Shown here one piece after another: positions 27,558 to 39,327 of a stretch of DNA of 64,000 nt. Numbering within the stretch: the stretch's first letter is position 1; each line of letters starts with the position of its first letter. The notes under the pieces were generated by a model, which saw only the letters and a program-made list of their open reading frames with translations, searched no databases and was not told the DNA's origin. This DNA comes from Raillietiella orientalis (taxonomy: Eukaryota). The position numbers and the translations under genes are program-made. Where the stretch lies: the NCBI GenBank assembly GCA_036172245.1, contig JAYWIR010000014.1:3286001-3350000 (forward strand), given 5' to 3'.

Positions 27558-28650
27558 TTTTCCACCCGGTCACTCCGGGGCGTCTATTTTATAAAAAAAA
27601 TAAACCAGTTAGGAACACGCTGGTTCCCAACCGAATACAAAAGAAGTTCAAAAGGAGGGTCCACTGGCACGCACGCCGGGATAACGAAAAGTCCAGAACG
27701 TGGGAGGAATGCGGGGGCAACAAACAAATAAAATTAATCCGGGGGCATGGGGAGGGATTTTAGGTTCGTTCCGTGTGCACCGAGATTAATACAGAGAACA
27801 CCGTGGAAGTTACGGAGCGAACGGGGATGGGGAATGAGGAATAAAAATAAAGGGAGACAGGGGACAAAGGTCACCAGTGTCCGCCGTTCCTATCCATCCT
27901 CAACCCGGCACTGGATGCCTGTGATCTCCTCTTTAACTTCTTTTTCCAGGTAGGGCCACCTTGCAGCCGTCCTCATGTAGGCGACTGCCATGCTGGTGAC
28001 CTCCTTTCGCTGCGTGATGGTCTCGAGCACGTGGCGGGCCGTGACGATGGTACGGATGCAACCTATGGTTGCGATCACCTCTCCAAGGGAGAGTCCTCCA
28101 GACGCGACGAACCGTCGCAACACATCTCGTGCGGTGTCCTGCTGGTGCAGGAGTGCTGTTGCTAGCCTCTGCCACAGTTCCTGGAGGACATCGCATCCCC
28201 AAAGCAGGTGAGGCGGGATAGATTCTGCCATCTCGCACCTGGCGCAGTTTGGGGGATGCAACCCCTGCGGAAACGAGAGTGCCGCCGCTCGTTGCACTTT
28301 GATTCCCAGTGGAGGAAGAGCAGCACGGCCTGTTTCCAGAAGAAGAGGGAATACTGAAGCGTCCAAACAATGGGGAGGGACCACAGGTTCTTCATGGGCA
28401 ACACAAAGGTTCGTTCCACCGAAGGAGTCCCATCGCCAAAGCACGCTGATGATGCATCCACCAACTCTCGCGACTTCCAGCCACCAAGCAGTTTTCTCTT
28501 TCTCGCGATGGTGCAGGAAAACTTCCATCTCGCCGGTAGGCTACTGTCTTCTCTTGTCCTGAGGGTAGATAGCGCTGCGGCAAGAGGTGTGGCGACCAAG
28601 GTTGGCAATGTGGCAAGGGAGGGGTCGACCATTTCGCTGTGTCCTCCATC
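27558..28650 (-). mobile_element. L1/Tx1-like LINE 3' end, copy B (zf-RVT zinc knuckle plus 3' UTR)
   Basis: ORF 27890-28528 contains CARCEMAESIPPHLLWGC..LW, the CxxC..H..C knuckle at the C-terminus of L1/Tx1 ORF2. Terminus AAATAGACGCCCCGGAGTGACCGGGTGGAAAA matches copy A. Confidence 0.75.
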
Positions 28651-28660
28651 CACCACTTCC

Positions 28661-28727
28661 CTTGCGCACGGGCAATATCATAGGCGAGGAAGGCGACTGA
28701 GCCGTGATTATTGCTAGTTGAAAACTT
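28661..28727 (+). pseudogene. U4: 3'-truncated U4 snRNA retrocopy 1 (5' ~67 nt) with 10-bp TSD
   Basis: CTTGCGCACGGGCAATATCATAGGCGAGGAAGGCGACTGAGCCGTGATTATTGCTAGTTGAAAACTT matches the U4 5' domain. Flanked by CACCACTTCC at 28651-28660 and 28728-28737. Confidence 0.88.
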
Positions 28728-31149
28728 CACCACTTCCAAAGGTCGTGACAAAGACCTTCAGGACTCATTCCTTGGAATGCAACCCAGGACTTCGCAGCCT
28801 TCTGCTAACAAGAGTTGTGGTTTATTGGACGGCAGGAGATCCACGGTTGGGCTTCCACGAGAAGCGAGTTGCCTCAGGGGGAAGTCGAATCCCCGCATCC
28901 TATAACGGGTGCTCAGCAGCAACGAGATCAGTTCTTCGCTGCCGGCAAGCATCCCTGCAGGATGAATGTGGGTGCACCCGCACACAACGGGGAAGTTCAC
29001 AGCTCACAACTCGGTGCCAGCAACTTGTTCGCTGGTCTGCCTTGTGCTTTCCATGGTTGCTTCCAGGCTCAGTTTCCGGTTATGGAGTAGAGGATGCATT
29101 GGGTGGCATGGTTGCTTTCCGAAATTGCAGGGCATAGCTGAAAACTGGCGGCACAACAGGAAATTCTTGCCATATCGAAGCAGACCCGAGTGCTCTTATG
29201 GTGCTTAACATTTGTTAAGACTGGGTCGTTCCAGATTTTAGCCAAAACAAGATGTACCATCAAAAATGAATGAATTGGAGATCATGAAAAGCAGAAAGAT
29301 TCTTTAAATCTTTGACTGAATATCATGCCGATGGAACACGCAAATCTGAAGGTTGGAACATTGCAACGAAAAACCATTCGGATGCCGAACTATTCAGAGT
29401 CTCTGTCGACGGCTTCTCTTTGAAAAACTCCTGACGTTACGGAAGCATAAGCGGAACTGTGAAGAATAGAGAAGATTCTGTCTTCAGCACCTGAGGACTC
29501 CAGACCCCATGTGATGGGAGTTTTCGTCGGAAACGCACTTCTCCTGGTGACGAGGACTTATGCTCGAATGCTTTGGGATGAAGTGCTCTGGCATTTCTGG
29601 TTTCGTCGTCCTCACTGGAGAAAGGAAGAGCAAATACTCAGGGGCTTGGAGTAACGAGAAGGGTAATCTTTTCTAAGAACAGCACCTTGGTAAACTCACT
29701 TCGAGGATCCTGTGGATTTTCTGTACATTTTCTATCTGCTTGTCATTGATTGATCTCAATTTCACAACTGAGCACAGAAGCACTGCCACACCCTTCCTTG
29801 GTAACTGAAAACAGCAGGAGGCATTTCGGCAGTGGAGAAATCTTCATGCCGAAACACTGCTTTCTTGATGCAAAACACGAATGCGAAGCAGGAATCGGAT
29901 AGCTATCGGATCCTTTTGTCATCAGATCAGGAAAAAAGATAACAAAGCCACGAGATCCAGCTCTGCAGCAAAGAAGCCAAGTTCGGAGCACTCATTTCTT
30001 GGAATTCCTTTAGCCCACTTTGGACGAAATTTCTCGCCGTGGTGGACACTGTCCCTGCACTCGTGTTCTTTCTTTCTCGTATGGGTCACTGTTCATTCAT
30101 TGGTCCAGGGAGCTCTTCAAACTCGTTTGTGAACTTTTAAAGTACGGAGGAACTGGAGGTAGCTGAATCGATCTGTGTGGAACGAATGTCTGAGGATCCG
30201 TTCTTCCTCATTTCTCATTAGCGTTCCATTCGTTGTCACGTCTCCTGGTCGCACTTAATTACCTGACTTCCAACGAAAGTCTTCCTTCTCTAAGCTCCAC
30301 ACTTCTCTAAGCCCCGGGGAAACAACGCAGCATCCATAACGCTCTCGAAACCAGGTGAGTTGTAAACGCTTTGCAAAGGCATCCGTCGCTGCTACGAACC
30401 AACCAATCACAGCAGCTGCTTGCATTGTCCTTAATAAATTTGCCATATTTCTTTGTTGCTTTTCTTGAGCCTGAGACCTCAGAATTCTGGGAAAGTCTTA
30501 AATGGACACTTATCGATCTCTTGCTCTCCTGAACAACCACTATACTCAGTGTGCTATTCCTCCTATTTGGGCCTTCCCTTGTATATTTATCTCGTGTTTA
30601 TTTGTTTATTTATTCCTCATACGTCATTACGGAAGAATAAAAAGCTCCGTGTTTATCCTTTCTCCGCTGCCTGTTTCAGAGGAGACGCTTTTCATGGCTG
30701 CAAAGCTCTAGACATGAATTGAAGAATGCTTCGATCTCTCAAAGATCCATCAAGTAATGGTGGTTGACGCCCGCGCATCTCGAAGGAGCATTTGTTTCTT
30801 TCTGATGACTAACTGGTCAGAAAACAAAACAAAAAGAGCATTGAAAATTTTCTCTTCCTTCCCTTGATGCACCCTTGAGCCTCAACTTTACTCAGAGCTC
30901 ATTGGTGACCTCTTACAGACGCGTAGCCCATTCCAGACGGCCCACTTTCTGGTCAAGATCGGGAGAATCGGAAGACTTCTCAGAAAAGAAAGGAAGCGTT
31001 CGCAGAACGCGCTGACCATCCTTGAGAGATCGTTCGATTCCGGTGTTTCAGTAGCCCTGAGAATTTCCTCGGAAAGAAAGGTGTTGTTGAGATGATGACT
31101 TCTGGCCTCCATGTCTCGGTAGCTGTTGCAGAACCATCCCAACGCCCAC

Positions 31150-33420
31150 CTGATTGTCAGAACGCAACATTGGAGTTTTCCAGCGATGCCCAGGTCCCTG
31201 CAGCCTTGAGTTCATTCCTAAAAGCGGAGTCTCGCCAAACTGTCCCCATGGACAACGGGAGGCTCTCTTTCTCTTGGACTAGATCTGCTGTCGCCGAAAC
31301 ATTTCGGAGGATGCTCATGTTTTCTCACGTGGGATCGCTCGCACTCAAAACGCACGAAGATCCTCTCCTGCTACCCCATCCCTAGTAGGTCAGGAAGCGG
31401 AGAAGAGAGATGCGGAGAGACTTTCACGCTGAAGACCTGGATTTTGGGAACCGAGTCTACGCGCGAGGGTTCGATGGAGAGCTTGCTTACGTCCACAGAG
31501 CTGGTCGCCTTTCGAGCGAGGCAAGGAGCCGACAGTGCTGCCACTGGCATCACCACCAACGAAACAGGTGTCTTCAGATGTCTTTCGTTGGGAAAGAGCG
31601 GTAAGAGGAGAAAGAACGTTGGCTGGACAGTCCGCTTGTGAGATAAGGAGAGGTGCGACTGCCATGAAACGCGATCTGCCGCTCCTGCCACAGCTGCGCT
31701 CCAAGCTCTCGTCCAGACCAGAGGGATAGAAGCGGGAAGAGGAATCGGCCAAGCTGCAACGGCGCAGAGGGGAGGTGTTCCCCATTGAAGGAGCTGCTGT
31801 TCCTTCAATGGAAAACACCAAAGGTGAAGCAACCAGTGACGTCATGTCTTGATGTTTGGGAAGATGCCAACCGTGGAGCAAAGGAACGGAGTATCTCTTT
31901 TTGTCCTTCAGGGTGTTAGTGAAAATTTCCAGTCATCAACTGCCCCCTCCCCCTCCTCTTAATCTAAAACTATCGTAACAGAAAGCCATCATCGTAGATA
32001 GCGGAAGATCTAACGGCCGCAACTTTCTTGAGCGATTCGGCCTTTTGATCGAGAGCGAAGTCCAAGGGTTCTCGTATCCAGAGTTTTCACACGCTTTCTG
32101 GAGCGTCTTGGTCCAACCCCCTCTCTCCTTTTTGGGAAGCGAAAAGAAGGACCAACTTCATCGGTGTGGCTCTCCGCACTCCGATGCTCTGAAAAGGCAG
32201 CCCCAAGACGATGAGATGCCAGCTTTGGGCTCCTTCCCAAGGTCTCTTTGGCTCGTTTCCGCGGCAACGACATCTGCCCTTTCCCGAGTCTCTTGTCCGC
32301 CGTTCCCGGATCCGACTGAAGGCAGCTGCAGAATGTATGTGGTTCGATAAAGGGGCTCGTGAATGATCGGTAAGTAGACGGTTCTGGGGTTCAAGGTCAC
32401 CGGCATGGCATCGTCTAGAGGCATTCGTGCCGCGCCCTCAACGTTCTTCCTGTGTGTGCTTCGTGCTCCCCAGCATCACGCGTTCGTCTCGTGGCGAGGA
32501 GGGACTTTGTGGACAGTTGAACCGCCTAAGCCAGAAAGCCACAGTGGCACAACAAACAGAACTGTCCAAGAGGAACGCGAAACTCCGCGAGCAAAGGAGT
32601 GGAAGAACGAAACGCTAATGAAAATCGTCCTTCCGGCAGGCATGACCTCCTTAAGAGTTTTTTCCCTTTTTCTTTTCCTCCTTTTTCGGTGACCACATTT
32701 TTGATGGAAGGATGCAGGAGGTGTTTCCGCATATGCCTCTTGGCAGCCCTTCTGGACAAGACTCGGAAGCGCCATTGAAAGCGATGAGTTACAAGTCCAT
32801 TTGGGGGCGGACCGCCGCCGTTCATGACCAGTGCGGATTATAAGGATACGTCATGGAGAGGGGTCGAAGTCCCTGGTCCTCCTTCCATTCGAACACTACC
32901 ACACGGTGCTCTCTGGAGGAACGCGGTGTACATGAAGAAGTCTCTTAAGAAAGAGGAACGCCTCGGTCTGGAATCTCCTGGACGCTCTCGAAGAGGTGAC
33001 AGTTCGTCTTCAGGCGATACACGAGCAGGGAGCCCTCAGGGCCTTATGGGAAGAAAAGGGGTCTCAGGGAGAATACTACTCGTCTTCCTTCTTCTAATTG
33101 CGGGAAGGTGGCGTCGTCTTCATCTGCGCCCTCCGCCACCCGACGAAAGCAAAATTTTCTTTTTCCGGAGTTTGGAGAGGAAGTGAAATCCCAGAAGTTT
33201 CATTCCTCGTCCCCCTCTTCCGACCCCCCTTCCTTATTCCTTTCCCGCTTCCATGAGGAAACGTGAAACCAGGCCGTGCAAGAGAGAAGTGCGTCGGGCG
33301 TGGGAACTCAGTCCAAGAGGATCCGCGGAGGCTCCACGGTGATGAAGTGGCTGGGGGCGGAAGCCCTGCGGTACTAGCGACTCAGTTCAGCATCCTCAAA
33401 CCGGGAGCTTCCAAGGAAGG
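31150..33420 (-). mobile_element. Decayed L1/Tx1-like ORF2 (APE endonuclease end plus RT)
   Basis: Minus-strand echoes in the expected order: PGFTF, PFSSHKAL (cf. PFSDH), GKEPKAGIS (cf. KAPGPDG), AADRVSW (cf. AFDRVSW), LSIEP, CRDLGI. May be the body of the element whose 3' end is copy B. Confidence 0.5.
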
Positions 33421-36400
33421 GGAGGCACAGCAATCATGTAGAGGCTTCTACCTGTGTGATCAAGGATCAAAGATATCCCGCCCGTCCCTCTCTCCTTCCC
33501 CTCCCTCCAAAGTCTATTTATAACTTTGGCAATAAGTTTTTAGTTCGAGAAAGATGGTGGTGGCCCCTTTCGGGGTGCAGCGCTCGCTGAGAACACCGGG
33601 ACGAAAGCAAAAAAGGAAATGTGGGAAGAAGGAAGGAGGGTGAAGTGCCAGTCAGATGCTGCAAGTTTACTCGAGTTCTGGAGCTCTTGGAGAAGAAACA
33701 CAACTGGAGGGAGAAAAAAACACAGAATCTCCGGTCCCTGATACGATCTGCACCACGACGTCTGTTTCAGTGGGGCTTGACCTGGCGTATCGCTCGCTAC
33801 GGGACCTATGCAGGCGCTTAGGAACTTGCAGATATCCTTCCGGAAACGGAAACGCTTCTCACGCGAATTCATGCTTCTTGAGCGCCTCTTCCGGAAGATG
33901 AGCAGTTGGACCTATGGATGGCTGACAACAAGAGCAAGGCCAACTACTCCAACCGCTCCGAGGTAGGGACGCGAGGCAAGAGGACATTTAGAGCGAGCAT
34001 CTCCTAAGCGCAGCAATCCCCGACGGGAGGTTCGGAACCCCAAAATGGGCTGGCTGGGTGAGTTGCATCTGGGAACGCTCACGAAATCCCAGGAAACTAC
34101 TCAAACGGAAAGTGACGACATGGCTCATCTTAAGCTCGATGACCGCGGGAGCGTCGCGGATATGCCGCTCTTGAGCGCTGGTGCCTGTCTGGAGAAGGGA
34201 TGACCGAAACGCGCGATCCCACCCCCGGCGCCAGATTCGTATCTGAAGGTAACCAGGTAGAAGGAACTCAGTCTCTCTGGTGCAGTGCCTAGTGCATCGC
34301 CCCGAGGCTCTGCTGGCTGTGATTCCAGAATTTCCCAAAGTACTTCATTTTGCTTGGTTGTGGAGGGATCCAAAAGTTGGATCACGCGGAAGTTTGGCTT
34401 TCTTCAGGGAGCAAATGGGACCTTTGTTCCGGAGAGCTGAAAGAGGTGACCAGCACTTGCTGAGGAGAATCCGCATCTACTGGCATCTGTTGCCCTGGGA
34501 ACAGATCTGTAGAAGGCTCGGCGGGAGCTCCTCTGAAACCACGCCTGCTCGCTCTTCACCCGAATGGCTACTCTACGGCTCTCCTCGTCAGTGAACTTGA
34601 AAAACTGAGACAGCAGCTGGAGACGTGCACTTTGGTCCGTTCGCGCTGCTCCTCCCAGCACGAATGTTGAGCTAGCGAGCAGATATCCTGATGCTGGACT
34701 CGAATCCTGACTGTTCGCTACCTCATCGATTCGACGCCGCTCAGAGAGGGTTCGTAGATTGGGATCCAAGGCAGGCTTCCACTTCACGTTTTCCACATCA
34801 GATGACATCCATTGGATCGTCCTCTCTTGTCAGCATTGTGCTGAGGTTCCTGTCATCGGTCAGATGACAAGAGCGAGGAGTCCCTTTTTTTGCTTTGTTT
34901 TCTTCTCAGGAAGAGAGAGAGAAAAATTTTCTTCTGTTCGGACCCTCATCTTGCAGTCTCGTGTCCATTAGTGGCTTCAGCTGGCGCGTGAATCAAGGGA
35001 AACCACCCCTACAAAGCAAGGCAAATCGCTTCCACCGGGGTCGTGGGCGCGGGGGGCTGCGGTCTCTGGTCAATGCTTCACCCAACAAGCGGATCGATAA
35101 ACTCCTTCGGAGGATTCGTTGCCGTAATGGTCCTCACGAACGGCAACGGATCGCAAGTGGTCTGTCTGCCAGGGGTCCGGCAGCGCAGTTTTCTGCAACC
35201 TCCGCCGATGGCACACCGGTACTTGACCGTTCCAAGTTACCCCCCTCCCCTTCTCCCCAACGGGCGTTCCGTGAAGCATCCGTAGTAGGCTTTTGCCGAA
35301 GCGGATCGTGATCCAAGTCACGCCCGTGCAAGTGTTACGCGAGGAAAGGACACAAGAAAGCCGCCCGTGTTTTTTCTTGCAGGGTTCTGTCGCCGTGCAC
35401 GAGGGAGTTCTCTCGCTCCTCCTCCTTCTCCTTCCTCACGTGGAGCCCGGAAATTCGGCTCTCCCGTTACGTCGAGAAATTCCTCTGCAATTTCGTGGTG
35501 TTCTTTGAACGCGGCCTGACAGTGGCCGCACGACCTCTCCATAAACACATCAGTCATATTCATTAACTTCATTGAGAGGAATGGTTGTCGCGCGTGCTTT
35601 GTTTTCCAAGTTCCTCCTCCCTCTCCCCTCCTTTACCTACCCGACTGAAGTTACTCTGCTACGTAGCCCCATTTCAGCAGTTTTACAAAAAAGAAGAAAA
35701 GAAAGCCATGCCAACATCACGACGTCTGTTTCACGGCGTTGCTCACGGATTAGAAAAGAACGTGGCTTGTGGTTCCCTTGACACGGATTCTAAGAGAGAA
35801 AATGGCATACGGGCGACGCTCTTGGTTTTCTGTGAAGCACCAACACCAGCAAAGAACTGGAAGTGGTGTTGCTTCTCTCAACCCACACTTCCTGGATCCA
35901 TGATCTCTTAGCTTCTATCTAGTGTTCCTAGTGACCTGATGGTACGACCATGGCTAATCGACTGACCAACAGAAAAGAAGGTGGTGGCCAGCTGGAATCA
36001 ATCAACGGAAGGGCCCAGGACTCAGAATCACCTGGACTTGCCGCAGTTTTTTCTTGCTGGGTTTCTAATGGCGTCCATTCCGTTTTCGATCCTTTAGTCC
36101 CTGTCACAAAGGGCACCGTGCTCCAGTCTAGAGTTGAAGAGGCAGCAGGAACCTTACCAATAGGAATCCAGAGCCAAGAAGCCAGGACTGAGAATCGCTC
36201 CATCGCCCTTTTCCACTGCTACCAACCTCGTGTGTTGCCTGCTCCAGGCAGGAGGCAGGAGTCGGCAGTTCGCCCTACGAGGTAGTCTTTTCCTTCCCTG
36301 GCAGATTCAAGAATTTCGACATGTTTGCCGAGTACACTCTTGCAAAAACCGTGCAAAAAAATAAAATGATTTTCTTTTTTTGTTTTCCGTCGTCGATGTT

Positions 36401-38699
36401 GTCGTTGTTTTGGTTTGGCAGCATGGCTATCATGAACAAAGACGGTCCGACGGGTGCTTCTTATCTGGCAGCCGTGTGGCAACAATGCTTTCATGACGAA
36501 TGGCGCGCCACTTCTTTTTCGCCCCTGATAAGAGGAAGGCGGCTGCGTCTTGGAGGACTCCCAGAGTTCCATATGACGAATCGAGATGATTCTGAGTCAC
36601 GTGCGACATGTTGCAACAGCGGGTATCCTTGCCACTTTTCGGTGCTTTCGCCGCTTTCTGAGCACGGCGGAAAAATCGATTCTGTAACGGTCGTTGCAGC
36701 AGCATATGTGATCGTCCACATGTTGCTCTTTTTTCTTTTTTTGCATGTGCTTCTCTCTCTCTCTCTCTCTTTCTTTTTTTCAGATGACATCCTGGAATCT
36801 CGGAAGCAAGATCCAGGACCATCCCTTGGCTTAACGGACATCCCGAGGGGACCTTGCGGAAACGAGCCCTTGGAGCATTCGTTGATTCGACATTCTTTAC
36901 GTTGATCCTTGCTACCAGGAATCACCTTCCGTCTCGGTGGCACCCGCATCGTGAGGAAAAGCAGCCCAATCTGCTGATCTCGGGGCCGGATAAGCAAAGA
37001 ATCACTGGAGCAGATCAGTGGAAGGTGGCCGATGTCCATAACCTGGTAATCAGTACGAATTCATTGTGATGGGAAGGAATTACGGATGAAGGAAATGGGA
37101 ACGCACCCTGGAATTGTGCATCAGCGCTCAGGGAACGAATCGAGACGTCTCTTAGGGATGGATGACACCTCACTTATTTACTTTTTCCCATGATGTTATC
37201 TCGCCTCATCGCAAGCCGGAAGATCAAACGGATGAGAGAGGGGAGAATCTTCAGGCTCTCACGAACCTGCCGTTGCAATTCATCTTCTCGCTGGTCGCTG
37301 CTGAATTTTCTCCAGAAGTGACTGGACTGCCAATCGGCGGCTGCTGCTGACTGACGGAGGGAAGTGCTGAACAAGGACCCCGCAGGTCATGCCGCGCATT
37401 TTGCAAAATTCAGCTCCTCCCCAAGGTGTGATCCCCCGTGTCTGAAGAGTGTGTCCCCGTCTCGGGATGCCGCGCCGGAAAGGTGCCTCTCTGTCGATCC
37501 ACGAGTGGTACTTTAACCGAACAAAGTGCCTTTCCTCCCTCTGGAATCTGGTTTCAGTCCCAGCCAGGAGAACGAAGGACTGCTGTCCTTTTCCCTGAAG
37601 TAGCACCGGGAGAATTCCGCTTCGGATGCGCCTCTGCGAAGTGCGCAGAAAATCTGAATCTAGATAAGGAGGTTTGGGGTGAAGTCTTCAGCTTGCGGTC
37701 ACATCGTCTCCGTTTCCGTCCTCCGCTATGATGTTGCTCCTGCGTAGAGGGAGCGAAAAGTTGAAAAACACAATCAAAATAAAGGAAGCATTTCCTACGT
37801 TGTTCCTGTAAAATTTTCTTCTTTTTTCCTCTTGAATGGCGATGAAATTTTTCTTCTCGCTCTCTTTCTTTCTTCTTTTTTTTCTTCCTAGAAGAACGGT
37901 GTATGAATCGATTTTTATTGCTGTCTGTAGTCAAATAAATGATGCATGCATACATGTTCTTGCTCGAAGAATGTTTCTAGGTACTCCCTGTTTCCCACCT
38001 TTCTTCCATCCCGAGAATGAGCAAAACCTGCGATCACTTAAGAGGTTTGGGCACGAACGTTTCAGAAACCAGCGTCTCTAGCCCTTGTTCCTCTCTGAAA
38101 AGAGCAGCTCAGCTTCTTGAACAGTTTCGAGGTCTTTCAGTTGACATCCCTGTCCGCTAATCTCTTTAGATCCAGAAAAAGAAGCACACTCGACGTCCTT
38201 CGCATCACCTACAGTAACCATCGCTCCCTTGCATCAAAGGTACGTAGAGCGCAGACTAGACCTCTGATCCATGATGGAAAAGATCGGAAAAGTTGGCTCT
38301 GACTCTTTGGTTCTCTTCTTTGGAAGAAATTCTACGTTTCTAATTCTAATTTGGTGGTTTTGATAGCCTAGCAAACAAGAACAAAGACTGAGCAAAGACA
38401 GCTTTTGCAAGCACGAACGCAGACCATTCAGTATCCTACCCTTCTCCTCCTCCCCCCATCTCCATGTCTTTGAGCTGAACATCATACTGCTGCAGTCAAG
38501 GAGTTCCATCAGGAGGTCATGTATTGGGGACCACGAGCATAGGAAATCCAGAGATACTTAGTGCTTGCAAAGGGAACAGTTTCCACTTCCTTGAGCTGTC
38601 TTCCGATTCACCTTAGTGTCTTTTCTCGGCAACACGTGGGGTTACCACAGCAATGCATTTCATCGCATTCCCATCGTATTTTCTGGGATCTCTTCTTCC

Positions 38700-39060
38700 T
38701 GAGGGTTCTGCTTGGATGATGAGGCAGGGGTATGATGTCTTTCTGCTTGGATGGGGACCTGCGTTGACGGGAGTGCGGCTGCGGTCTCCGCGCGTGGCAC
38801 CAATCGTTGCAGATTCGAATCCCCAAGTGGAAGATTGGCGCCGAGAAGTGGACACGACGTGGGTTTCGAGCCCCCACCCTCCCCCCGACAGAGTGACGCT
38901 GGCTGGCCTACAGGCTTCTGGTGCGGCATTGGTGGAAGCCAGAAACCAGATATCCCCGTTGAATGGCCGGGATTGGAAGTGGACCTACCGGGATCCTTCG
39001 GAGCAATCAGGAATCCGGTACCCTTCGGGATTCCCTTCTGTTTGTGAAAATAGAGCTGTC
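38700..39060 (+). mobile_element. Possible LINE APE-endonuclease remnant
   Basis: IVADSNP (cf. IxGDFN) and WTYRDPSEQSGIRY (cf. FTW..SRIDY) in ORF 38653-39066. Confidence 0.35.
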
Positions 39061-39264
39061 CATTGAGCACTATGGAGCTGGTCGATGCCCCCCTCGGCGC
39101 TTACCTCTCCAGAGTGTTAAGGAGAGCCCTTCTCTCTTCGGGGAGCGACCTTCAGAGAACTGGGAAGCGTCCCTTCAGAGCAGGAAAGAAGGAGCGGTCC
39201 CCTTGTGGGTTCTCTTTGGAGAAGAAATTCCAGGAGTCGGAAGCTTTCTGGGTTTCCTTCGGAG

Positions 39265-39327
39265 TTTTCAACTAGCAATAATCGCGGCTCAGTCGCCTTC
39301 CTTGCCTACGATACTGCCCGTGCACAA
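39265..39327 (-). pseudogene. U4: 3'-truncated U4 snRNA retrocopy 2 with 14-bp TSD
   Basis: Reverse complement of 39263-39329 is 62/67 identical to 28660-28726. Flanked by perfect GGTTTCCTTCGGAG at 39251-39264 and 39328-39341. Confidence 0.9.

Noticed and set aside
34404..34808. EQAWFQRSSRRAFYRS, reminiscent of R4/NeSL/Utopia-type elements
   Set aside because: A single short echo with no supporting RT or endonuclease motifs that I can verify.
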